From positions 29,009-61,008 of the forward strand of contig BAAFSQ010000029.1 in the NCBI GenBank assembly GCA_054661495.1: 32,000 bases of DNA, in the 5' to 3' direction. Below the pieces are notes generated by a model that had not been told where the DNA came from, ran no database searches, and worked only from the letters and a program-made list of their open reading frames with translations. Positions within the stretch are counted from its first letter, which is position 1. The number at the start of each line of letters is the position of its first letter. This DNA comes from Zygophlyctis sp. KS116. Lineage: Eukaryota > Fungi > Chytridiomycota. A program made the translations under genes and the position numbers. Positions 1 to 12,600 of this stretch are shown in pieces.

Positions 1-3000
1 CAATTCACTTAACGCCCCATCATTTTTTTCAAGGGGATATTATAATTAAAAAAGGCGAACCTGCTTCTGAAATGTATTTTGTAGTCAAAGGTCATGCAGA
101 AGCTTTCAACGAGGAAGATGGAAGTGTCTATGCTACATTTGGACCTGGGAGTTTTTTTGGGGAAGTGGGACTTTTCTTTGACATCAAACGTACAGCTTCA
201 GTTAGATGTACAAGTGATTTAAATATTTTGAAACTTTCAAGAGATAAACTGGAAAAAAGTTTAGAAAGCTTTCCTGAAGTTAGTAACAAAATAAGAGCGG
301 AAGCTAAGCAAAGGTTTTTATACAATCAAGAAAGGGAAAAAGTTAAAATGTCAAAAAAGAGACAGGCCCAGACCGATCATGATATTGTTAGAGAGAAACT
401 AAAATCAGTAAGAAATAAATATCTAATTATAGATCCCATATTTCAAAAATGGATCAATTGCTTTTGTTCATCAACTTGCTTTGATGGTGAAATTCAAATC
501 TTTTGATACAAATTCAATTATTATCAAAAAAGATGATCCTGGTGATAGCATGTTTGTCATTATTGATGGCATTGCTGAAGTCACATCACCAGATGGCAGC
601 CTTGTATATGCTAATTTATCGGTTAATTCATTTTTTGGAGAAGTTTGCGTATTTTATGAAGTCAATCGAACGGCAACAGTAAGAGCAAAAGTTCAAACAA
701 CCGTGTTGGAACTTTCAAAAAGCTCTTTAAGAAGCGCATTGGAGGAGTATCCTGAACTGAAGGAAACAATTATGAATTCGGCAAAAGAAAATTTTGAGAA
801 TTTTATTAAGCGACAGGAAGGCGCTGCATATGGTAATCAGATTCAAAATACTGAAGAACTCGAGACTGCAACACTGATAGAAAGATTAAAAAGGGTACTT
901 TTGGCAGTTTTAAATGGTATAGATTCCAATATTTGAAAGATGCCCGAATGATTTTCTTGGGGCTCTTAGCATGCAGAGTGTCATCAAAAATTTCAAAAAA
1001 GGTGAACTGATTATTAAGAAGGGAGATGCCGCCACCGAGATGTTTTTTATTTTGGATGGCAAAGTTCAAATTATAAATGACGATGGCAAAGTTCTTGATA
1101 TGATTTCCAAAGGAGGATTCTTTGGTGAAATTGGGCTATTGAAGCAAGTTGCCAGGACCGCGAGCGTCAGAGTTGGTAGCAGCGTGTGCGATGTTCTTGT
1201 CTTGTCTAAAGATGCTATCCAGGTATTGTTAAGCCAATATCCGGATAGTTTTCAGGTCATAGCATTGGAATCTGAAAAACGATCGTTAAAAGTGGAGGAG
1301 AGAAATGTTTCTGAATCGTTAATGTCATCTAGTGAATTAGGAAAATTCGTTGCTAAGCCTTCGTCCCACACAGCTAATGAATTTACCGACGGGATTAAAG
1401 TAAATCGAAGGGAAAGAATGAGTCTTTCTCGCATGTTCAAAAGTAAAGATTCTTCATCTGGATCGCGCCAGCTTCCAACTATCGAGAGTAGTGCAATACC
1501 CAAGGAAGTCTCTTCTACAAGTCTTGATTCTATCAGAGACCCAGAGCCTAAAAAAGGAATGGTATTGCATACAGGAAAAAAGTCTATTTCAACACCGACT
1601 GCCACCGTCGAAGCGGCAACTATCCCAGAGACTATTCAGCCGCATTCTGGTATAGTCCATTCTGATTCCAAAGCAGATAAGCCAAAAAATACTATCGGAA
1701 AGCTATTTTCATCTCTTAGAACCTCTCTGTCAAAAACTTTATCAAAAAGTTCCAATAGAATCATGTCGATCAAAAATCTAAGAAAATCCGACGAGGATAT
1801 CACAACATCCTCTGTTGAGCATATATTAGATCTCCTTGATTCTGACATGCCGATAATATTTTCTCTTGTAGACCCTCTGGACCTTATAAAATTGCAAAGA
1901 GTTTGCCGTAGATGGGCGAATTTAATAAAACAAGGATCCCTGTGGCGTTCGTTAGATTTGCATACACACTTCAGAATTGTGAATAAAGATACTTTATCAA
2001 TTTTCACTCAATTGGCAAACTCAAATCTACAAAAATTAGATGTCAGTGGCTGCTGGGAAGTTTCAGATGATGATCTTAAATCTGTTGCGACTACTTGTCC
2101 AAACCTAATGTTTCTTTCAGTTTCTAACTGCTGGAAGATTTCAGATGCTGGAATTGGATATATTGCAAAAGATTCCTCTAACCTTAAAGAGTTGGACCTT
2201 AGTTACTGCGGTCAATTAAGTTGTTCAACTCTTGTTAACCATTGCTGGACTAATTTAGAAAAATTCAATTTTTCATTTTGCAAACAGTTGGGTGATGAGC
2301 ATTTGGAATCTATACTCAGTAAAACCACAAAAATCAAGTCTTTAGAATTTAGGCGATGTAATCGTGTGACTGATTTCGGACTATTTCTAGTCGTTCGCTA
2401 CTGTCGGTAATCTATAAACAATTAAAAATAGACATTTACAATATTTAGATATTAGTGACTGTGATCACATTTCTGATAAATGCCTTAAGTGGATAGCTTC
2501 TTCATGCATTAATTTAACATCTTTAAATCTAAGATTTTGTTCAAGAATTACTAATGGTGGACTCTATGACTTATCTCTTGGATCCCAATCATTTACTACC
2601 TTGAAACTTAATCATTGTAATCAGATTACAGATGCAAGCATCATATTTTTTTCAGATAATATCAAAGACTTACGAGAAATATATCTACGAAGATGCCGAA
2701 AATTAACCGATAACTCTGCAAAATATTTAATCAAGGCCTCGTTGCGCCTAAAAGTACTAGACATGACAGCCTGCCCGCATATATCAAGATCAAACCTGCT
2801 TCCAATAGCCCCGAGTACTTTGAAGCTAGTCCTTGATCTATCTCTTAATGAACGAGGAATCAAATCTCCGTCTGAAAGAGGGGCTCATGTAGCGTCAGAA
2901 GTTCCCATTCATAAAAGATTTACGAGCGGGCCTGCATCAATAATGAGCGGAAAAAAGACTATCAAAGAACAATCAGATTCTCAAAAAGGATCACCAGTGA

Positions 3001-3047
3001 CTGGAAATAGAAAGAAGAAAAAGTCTTCTAACGCCATGATGGAATAA
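1..3047 (+). CDS. Multi cyclic-nucleotide-binding-domain + F-box + leucine-rich-repeat protein (5' end lies outside the window)
   Basis: Three CNB motifs (GSFFGEVGL..RTASVR; SFFGEVCV..RTATVR; GGFFGEIGL..RTASVR), an F-box-like segment (IIFSLVDPLDLIKLQRVCRRWANLI..LW) and Cys-containing LRRs (LDVSGCWEVSD, LDLSYCGQLS, LDISDCDHISD). The ORF pieces join in frame on removing GT-AG introns 408-432, 895-922 and 2407-2431. The frame is open from position 3. Confidence 0.88.
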
Positions 3048-3086
3048 GTTTCACTTTTTATTAAACAATAAAATCTTTATAGTTAA

Positions 3087-4973
3087 ATGTTTTCCACAAA
3101 CACTGCGACATTGAATGCACTTGATATTTGTCCAGAGGATCCAGAGAAAGTAGTGATTGCAGGAAGAGAAGTGTTAAAGATTCTAGATCTTAAAGATGGA
3201 ATTAAGCAAGTTTATAGTTTTAGATCAGGAAAACTCAATATTATGTGGAATCATGTAAAATGGTCATCTTCTTATTCTAAACAAGTACTGGTAACTGGTG
3301 CAACCAACGGATCGATCGCCGTCTGGAACTTAGCGCTGAATTCTGCACAAAAGATTGAAAGAATTATAACCGAACACTCACGATCAGTTAATAAGATTAG
3401 TCTTCATCCGCAAGAATCTTATATTCTTCTTAGTGCTAGTCAGGATGGGACGATGAAGTTGTGGGACTTGCGTACAAAAAGTACTGCAAGGCATACGTTT
3501 GAGGGAAAGTCTGAAGCTGTAAGGGATGTCTCATTTTCTCCAATGAATTCTTATGAATTTGCTGCTGCTTTTGAAAATGGAAATATTCAAAAATGGGATC
3601 TAAGAAATCCAGCATTTTATGAAAGAAAGTGGTCGGCGCATAATGGATTGGCATTGGTTGTTGATTGGCATTCTTATGGGCGGGTTTTAGCAAGTGGTGG
3701 TAGAGATCGGTTTTTAAAGGTTTTTATTTTCTTTTAAGATTAGTTTTGGGATATAAAGTCGGATTCTAGAAAACCATTTCATAATATCCAGACAATGGCT
3801 CCTGTTTCTTCAATTCAATGGAGGCCTGGGTTTGAGACTCAAATTGCATACAGCTCATTATCAAATGACTTTAGAATTCAGATTTATGATAGCTGTCGGC
3901 CTTTTGGTCCATTGGCTACGCTTAACGCTCACGAGAATGTGGTTTCTGGATTTTTATGGAAAGATGCGGAGACTATATACTCTTGTTCAAAAGATTGTAC
4001 TTTTAGAATGCATAATTTGTATACTGACGGAGTAAATCCAGGGGAGCTTTTAAGGAATACCGCAATGTCTTTTAATAGTTGTGGGGAATTGGCAGTTTCA
4101 TTAGGTTATGGTCCAAATCCAACCTTTCAGACAGCGAATAGTCTAAAGACTCCTTCTAAAAGATCTGTGTTTAACAGATGGGATGATAAGGTATTTATTT
4201 TTAGAATTTACAGGGTAGAATCAGATTGTAATTAATTTATCTAAACCATTGCAAATGTCAGCTTGGGTTGAGACGGAGACATTTGATTTAAAAGCATTTA
4301 GAAATTTTGCTGAGAACTATGTTGTAGACAAATCAGATATTTCAGGATCTTGTTTGAAAAATTCCAAAATATGTAGTGATTCTGGTCATTACCAGTCTGC
4401 ACAGACATGGAGCTTATTAAGCACATTATTTTGTGAAATTTACGATGAAGTTTCCACTGATGGCCATAAAGAGGACACATCTATAAATCCAATGAATATA
4501 CTCTTACCAATTATAAATTATTACGCTGATAATAGTAATTCACAAATGTGTGTGACAATCTATTCACTTTTTCATGGCTTTGAAAAGTTTAAAGAGCATT
4601 GTTCTGACAGAGCACATATTTGGTATGATTCATATTTAGGTATGGTTATTACATTTAAACAAAAGACCTGTTATTTAGAAATTCATTATATAATCCAGCT
4701 GCACTTTTGATCAAAAACACTAGCATAGAATCCATTCAATCTAGACATCAAGAATCATATTTCGGACTTCTTTGTTCTGGCTGTGGAAAGCCTCTAAAAT
4801 CATCTACTTGCTCATCTTGCTCAACCTTTGTGACATGCGTACTTTGTCATTTACCGGTGAAAGGACTTACAATATTATGCCCCGGCTGCCACCACGGTGG
4901 CCATTTTCTGTGCTTAAACGAGTGGTTTTTAAAATCTGATCACTGCCCTTGTGGATTAAAGAGGGAAAAATAA
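3087..4973 (+). CDS. WDR24: GATOR2/SEACAT subunit WDR24 (Rtc1/Sea2): WD40 propeller plus C-terminal Zn/RING finger
   Basis: WD40 repeats (LLSASQDGTMKLWDLR, SEAVRDVSFSP, FENGNIQKWDLR, AHNGLALVVDWH) and C-terminal CVLCHLPVKGL..CPGCHHGGH..CL.EWF..CPCG. Introns 3720-3743, 4191-4218 and 4640-4665 restore one frame. Confidence 0.88.
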
Positions 4974-5024
4974 CAGATTTTTAATGTATTAAATTTTCAA
5001 ATAAATGGTATATCTATAAGTGCA

Positions 5025-6544
5025 TCATTCTTTATCTGATTCTTCAGAAAAATATAAAGCCGTGACAATTTCATCGCGATATTGACTATAATTACTATAA
5101 ACTTCAAAATACCCAACCACAGCTTTAAGTTCTTTTCTTGTTATATTTTCTCTTGAAAGAATTTCTATTTCATCATCATTATAAAATTACCATCTACGTG
5201 ATATTTTCCATTTAGGAAAGGTAGAATACGATTAAACAATGCCTCGATTGATGAAGATCGCCTCTTTTGCTGAATTAAAAGATTTTTTTCTCTTTCAGTT
5301 GGTGATTCTGGAGTTGCGATCAAGTAGACATCAGGATTCACTATTTCTATAAATGCTTCAGAGACTGCAGGAAATTCCTCTGCATTCGGTTCAGTACTCA
5401 ACTTTAAATCTAATATTTAATTAAAAATATTTACAGAAAAACATATGAACTTGAGAAATAAAACCGTGTCTTTGCAAAAATACAATCATATCCAAATAAA
5501 CATTTTTATCAGCCTTTGAAGGCAATAGAGAAGAGAGAGGCCTAGGCACAGATAAGATTTCCAACAAATTCAACAAGTTTGCTTATTTTAAAATATATAA
5601 TACTTACCTGAAAATTTCAAATTAAACTGAGTTTGCAGCCCAGATATCAATGATAAATCCGCCTTTGGAGATATCGTATATACATTTCTGATTGACACTG
5701 CATCAATAATCCTAGCCTTTTTCCAAAATACTAAATGAGCAGCCAATTTGTAAATTTGAGATAAAGAACAATTCAGCAATAGTTCATATTCTTCAAAACT
5801 TTGTCTTAATATTCTAAATTACCATTTTAAAGGATCTGCCTTTTCCAAAAGCTCAATAAGCAACGGAGAGGATCCTAAAGGCAACATTCTTAAAATATCT
5901 TGTTTATCAGCTAGTAACAATATAGTTTGATAAGGCCTTATCTTTGTTTTAATATCTTGTAAAACATTTGGAGGATAAATATTTTGCAGTAGAATACAAG
6001 GATCAAATATATTATCTACCGCCAACGCTCCAAATTTGTGAGACACAAGAGGATCATTTGGATTTGATAGAGTATGATAAATATTTGCAAGAGCTCTAGC
6101 CAAACTTGAAACCTGTAATATCTTTTGATTTAGATCAGAGCTATTTTGATCACGAACTCCAGATATGATATCAACTTGAGACTTTACAAAATTCCTTTTA
6201 ACTTGTTCATAAACCAAAATACTTGCAATTCTAGCCAATAATTCTGAATAAAACGGTTTGATCTTGCGAGTCACCAACACAATATTAAACATTGACAGGC
6301 TAGACTCTGGTTGGCATAGTTTGCTAAAGTATAGTGGAGATTGGAATGTTGCAGCTCTTCCAATAAAGTTATTTCCGTCTATCGATAGGACAAGAGGCTG
6401 ATCGCAGAGCGCTGTTTTCGGCGATAACAGGGAAGCCATAAAGTCTTGATTGAATCCCCAGATCTTGGACTGAGGAGGATATGGATAAGAGAAACAGACT
6501 GAATGGCCTTTGGCTGATGAAATCAGAAACAAAATGCCCAGCAT
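5025..6544 (-). CDS. NPR3: GATOR1/SEACIT subunit NPR3/NPRL3
   Basis: N-terminal longin-like start (ILFLISSAKGHSVCFSYP), LLSPK..LCDQ, IRPYQTILLL, QIYKLAAHLVFWKKARII, FLNGKYHVDEI. Introns 5799-5822, 5582-5607, 5410-5434, 5165-5190 and probably the in-frame 5086-5112. Confidence 0.85.
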
Positions 6545-6647
6545 TTTATAATTTTATCCTTGATCATAAGTACTTATTATGTAACAAGACTCGTTGGAAA
6601 TCAGCGCACTGATGACGACATGAATGACGTCTCACTTGTCATTTAAA
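6545..6647. promoter_or_regulatory. Putative bidirectional promoter between NPR3 and the dynein heavy chain
   Basis: 103-bp gap between two divergent start codons; contains a CRE-like TGACGTC. Based on position only. Confidence 0.45.
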
Positions 6648-9600
6648 ATGAAGGTAGATTAATAGATCGATTTATATTTAGGAAGAACCTACAGTACAAG
6701 TATTTATTCCTTCCAAAAGAAAGGTCAAGAATGATTTGGATGAAATAGGTATTCAGGTATTCGCATCCTTGATCATTAATGGATAGTTGGTTCCAAGTTC
6801 TCTAAAACTGAATGAATTGTATTTGCCTCCATTACTCAAAAAGTTTTCTTGGACTAAATCTGCTCCCTTTAAGGAAGAACAGCATTATAGAAATGTTTCA
6901 GATTCAATCGGGAATAATTATTCTCCTACAGCAGCAAATTTAAAGATGAGAGAATTAGGTACCAACTATATTATAACTTGTAGAAATTATGTCTCATCAG
7001 ACAAAAAATAAGGATCGTAAAGTATTGCCGATAAGTTCTTCAGTTAAAAAAGTCGGAGAGTTGTCAGATTCAAGACCTCTTTCTCCTATTACTAGAATTG
7101 AAAAAGATTATCCACAGGTCAAAAAAAGTATTATAGAAAGGGAGACACCAGAGTTGGATCCTTATGATTTGGAATCTGCAACAATTGAGAAACAGTTGAC
7201 TTGTGAACAAAGATATTGGTATTATATGTTTTATGGGATTCAAGATGATGCAATAGCACCAATAGATGAGGCTAGAATTACTCAAATGTTGATTAAAATG
7301 TCTAAAAAAGACTTGAAGGAGCCTTTTAAAAGTCAATTGATTAATGAAATCAAAGGTTTTTGGAATCTTTCCTTGAAGCAGTCGGTTTTAGACTATCTCT
7401 TGTTGGATAATTCAGAACAAAAGAGACTTGGGATAGTTCCATTTATTGATTACTATATTCCAAAGATTGCTCGTGCTCCTGTTCCTTGGCATGAGGAGTT
7501 TTTGAAAAATAAGGCTTTGATGATGGAAAATTTGTATATTTCTAATCCTATCATGCTTCAATTGTTGCAGTTATTCTCTACCATTGAAAAAACAAAAATT
7601 ATTGACCCAGAGGTCTTTTCGCCAAGCATATTGCCAATGTCAACTGAAGATGTCACAACTATATTTAGGAATCAATGTGCAGTATTTAGATCCAAAATTT
7701 TGAACGAGTAAGTATTTGTGTTGCTAAATTGAAGGTGGATTCCTAATGTTGCCACTATGTTTTTTAATTCAAAGGATAAATGGTATTCAATCGTTAACGC
7801 TTATTCTGATCCTGATGTCGGTTACAGGCATTTGGATACATTTTTTAAATCGGTCACTGCGCTCATGTCTAATCAGCTCTGGGCATTAGTTGATAAAAGT
7901 ATTACAGATTTAGAATCATTTTTTGGACAATTTTCGTCAGCTGATTCTGACATTTCAGTTTTTTCTATAAGCTTACTGACTACTGGATCTCAAATACGGT
8001 TCAGTCCTCCGCTTACTGATTTAGATAATGTCATTATGAACATACTGGAGGAGATTGTAAACGCAGTTAAAGAAATTCCTAGAGTAGAAATGAAACTTTT
8101 TACTAGTTTGCAAGCGGAACAGCTATATTTACCTAGTATAAGTATACAAGATGGTCGTATCAATGATGGGAAATATTTTAAGAGAATAATTGCTCGTAAT
8201 ACAATAGCACCCCAACGCCACATATCCACATTAGAAAAATTCAAGCCATTGCTTACTTTAAAAGCAGAAAAAAGAGTTGACGATTTTCTGCGCGAAAAGC
8301 ATGAGTTAGACGAATATGATGCTGTACGTTTTTATACCACTCTGAATAATTATAGGAAATAAAAAAGTTGACAAAAATTGTTGATGAAATTGCAGCCTCT
8401 CCAACCATTGTGGCTTTTAGTATGATTCACTTGGATTGTGAAGTTTTGAAAGCAGAATTAACTACGAAAGCAAATCAGCTGATACAAAAGTTGGTCGATT
8501 CAGTTTCTGAAATAAATAGAAAGGCTAATTTCAGGTATATAGCATTATTACTAAAATTTAGCATTTGTGAAAGTTATGAAAGAATTTCAGCTAAAGCGAT
8601 GAAAATCCCCAATGAAACAGATGAATTGGTTGAGCTTATGAAATATATTGAAACTGTCAAACTTAAAGAAATTCAGGAATTAAAAGAAGAAATAGGGAAA
8701 GCCAAAAAAAGGCTGGATTTTTTGCTGACATATTCATTCATGAGTGAAGAGGATATAAAGCTGAATGGAGTTACTTTCACATGGCCATCACGAATATTAC
8801 CAATTTTTGATCTTAGCAAGAAACGACTGACCCAGAAAAAAGTAAAGGCGCAGGAAGATTTAAAGGCGAAAATTGAGCAGACTAATACGGATATTGATGA
8901 GCTTCATGATGATGTAGCAAAGTTTCATGTAAGCACTTATAAAAAATAATCTCAGGAATACGGTATATTGTCTGAAATGGGCGAATATATTAAGAAGATC
9001 AAAAGAATTGAAAGTAGGCTTTCTGAATCAGCTACCACAATAACTAATATTAATAATGAAGAAGAGTTACTAGAATGGGAAAAAACCATGTTTTCTAAGC
9101 ACCAAGAGGCTAATGTGATTCTTGAGCCCTACAAAAAGTTGTGGGAAACGGCATCTTTATTCCAGACAGAGTACTCTAAATGGATGAATGGGAATTTCAA
9201 AGATCTGGTAGCTGAACAAGTCGAGGAATCCGTTAACTCTATGTTTCGAATTATGTTTAAATTATCTAAAACATTTACAGATCGCCCGGCCCCTAAGAAA
9301 ATCACAGAAACTGTAAAGGCGAAGCTAGACAAATTCAAAACTCATCTTCCTTTGATTTCTATTTTGCGTAACACTGCATTGAAAGAAAGGCATTGGAAAC
9401 AGATAAATGATGTAGTCGGCCAGAATATTACACCAGAAGATGGCACAAGCTTATCTAAGTTGCTTGATTTGAATTTAGGACAATATTTATCACAATTTGA
9501 AGCTGTCTCTGACGCTGCTTCAAAAGAATGGTCACTACAAAAAACATTATCGAAGATGAAAGAGGACTGGGATCCTCTAATTTTTAACCTGATTGATTAC

Positions 9601-12600
9601 AAGGATACAGGGACCAAAGTTTTGTCTACATTAGACGAAGTTCAAGCATTGCTCGATGATCAAATCGTCAAAGTTCAGACCATGAGAGGCAGCCCTTTTG
9701 TTAAACCGATTGAAGAGGATGTTAAAGCCTGGGAACTTAAACTTATCTGCATCCAAGATATAATTGATGCATGGCTAAAGGTCCAATCTACGTGGTTATA
9801 TCTAGAACCAATTTTTTCCAGCGAGGATATCATGGCTGCTATGCCCGTTGAAGGGAAAAAATTCAAAATTGTAGATAAAACTTGGCGGGAAATTGTTGAG
9901 CAGTCTTCAAAAAATTCTAAAATACTTCATGTTTCTGGAATAAATGGGTTATTAAGTAGATTGAATGATTCAAATACTCTCTTGGAAGAGATTCAAAAAG
10001 GACTAAATGAATATCTTGAAAAGAAAAGACTTTTCTTTCCTAGATTTTTCTTTCTGTCAAATGACGAACTTCTTGAAATTCTAGCTGAAACAAAGGATCC
10101 AATGCGTGTACAGCCGCACCTAAAAAAATGCTTTGAAGGAATAGCTAGCTTAGTGTTTCAAGACTCAAAAATTGTTGCAATGTGTTCTAGTGAAAATGAA
10201 AGGGTGAAATTAAATGAAATAATTGAGCCTGCTCTTGCAAAAGGTGCTGTCGAGAAATGGCTGTTACAAGTAGAAAAAGTCATGCAATCTTCTGTCCATC
10301 AGCAGATTTCTGAGGCGATTAAAGCTTACACAGAAACTAAGCGGGATAAGTGGGTTTTAGAATGGCCAGGGCAAGTTGTCATCTGTGGCTCACAAATTTA
10401 TTGGACAAAAGATTTGACGGAGGTCATCCGTCGCGGGGGTGGTGTCAATGGGCTAAAAAGCTATAAAGAGCTACTTACCAGCCAGTTAGATGACATTGTA
10501 GCTCTTGTGAGAGGTGAATTAACTCCTATGGCGCGAATGACCCTTTCTGCGTTAGTTGTTATTGATGTTCACGCGCGAGATGTTGTAGGGGAGCTCCAGA
10601 ATGCTGCAGTAAGCCAGGAAAATGATTTTGAATGGTTATCGCAGCTTCGTTATTACTGGGAAGATAATAATGTTAATGTGAGAATGATAAATGCTACAAT
10701 CAAATACGGTTATGAATATTTGGGAAACAGTCCTAGACTGGTTATAACTTCTCTTACCGATAGATGCTATCGTACCTTAATTGGAGCATTGGACTTAAAT
10801 TTGGGAGGGGCTCCTGAAGGGCCGGCTGGGACAGGCAAAACTGAATCAGTCAAAGATTTAGCAAAAGCGATCGCGAAAGCTTGCGTCGTTTTCAACTGTT
10901 CGGATGGGTTAGATTATATAGCCATGGGTAAATTCTTTAAAGGTCTGGCCTCTTCAGGTGCTTGGGCATGTTTCGATGAATTTAATCGAATTGATTTAGA
11001 AGTACTATCTGTTGTAGCACAGCAAATACTTACTATACAGCGTGCTGTGGCTGCAAAAGTAGAAAAATTTGTATTTGAGGGAACTACAATGAATTTAAAT
11101 CGGGGATGTTCGGTTTTTATTACTATGAACCCTGGTTATGCTGGACGATCCGAGCTTCCAGATAATCTTAAAGCTTTATTTAGACCAGTGGCTATGATGG
11201 TTCCGGATTATGGATTGATAGCTGAGATATCTCTTTACTCTTTTGGCTTTGTTGATGCAAGAGCTTTATCAGGAAAGATAGTTGCGACCTACAAGCTCTG
11301 CTCTGAGCAGCTCTCATCCCAGGATCATTATGATTATGGTATGAGAGCAGTTAAATCTGTTTTGACAGCCGCCGGGAATCTTAAACTTCGATATCCTAAT
11401 CAAGATGAGTACATTTTGATGCTTAGATCAATCAATGATGTCAATCTCCCGAAGTTTTTATCACAAGATATTCCATTGTTTAAAGCTATTACAGCAGATT
11501 TGTTTCCAAAAGTCACTTTGCCTGCACCAGATTATAAGAATATATGCACAGCAATTTCAGATAGTATGGAAAAAATGAATTTACAACCCATACCATACGT
11601 TTTGGATAAGATCATTCAAATATACGAAATGATGTGTATACGGCATGGATACATGCTCGTAGGACTTTCATGGTCCGGTAAGACATCAGGCTACCGTGTT
11701 CTCGCATCTGCTCTAAACTTGATGAATGAGCGCCAGCAAAACGAGAAAAAAGTTGAATATAAAGTGCTGAATCCAAAATCGATAACTATGGGTCAACTTT
11801 ATGGTCAATTTGATGCAGTTACGCATGAGTGGACAGATGGGGTTCTAGCTAATATATTTCGATCATTCGCATCGCAAGGGACTGCAGAGCGACGTTGGAT
11901 TGTTTTTGACGGTCCCGTAGATGCTATTTGGATCGAAAATATGAATACTGTACTAGATGACAACAAAAAGCTGTGTTTGACATCGGGTGAAATAATGGCC
12001 ATGTCAAGCACCATGAGTATCCAGTTTGAAGTTGCAGACTTAGCGGTGGCCTCACCAGCTACAGTATCAAGATGTGGAATGATTTATATGGAGCCTGATG
12101 GGCTTGGTTGGAATCCAATTATGACATCATGGCTGAATACTCTTCCTACGGGAATGAATCCAGAACTTCGTACAATATTAAAATCGCTTTTTGAATGGGC
12201 AGTTCCTCCATCATTAGAATTTGTTAGGAAGGAATGCAGAGAGTTTGTTGCGACTTCATATATAAACATGACTAATACTCTAATGAATCTTATCAGCTGT
12301 CAGCTGGATGAATTTGATAACGGACACAAGCCTGAATCAATACCGGAAAATGTATCCAAAATTTGGGTCGTATCATCATTCATATTTTCAATGGTATGGT
12401 CGATTGGAGGAAGTATAGATGATTCTTCTCGCAAAAAATTCGATGTATTTTTCAGATCGTTGCTGCAAGGTGGTGTGCCTCATTCTATTAAGCCAGCCAA
12501 TATTTCTATAGAAAAAATGCTACCTAACGGTGGTCTCGTTTATGACTACTTTTTTGAAAAGGATATGGTGAATGGGGGAAATTGGAAAGCGTGGACTGAT

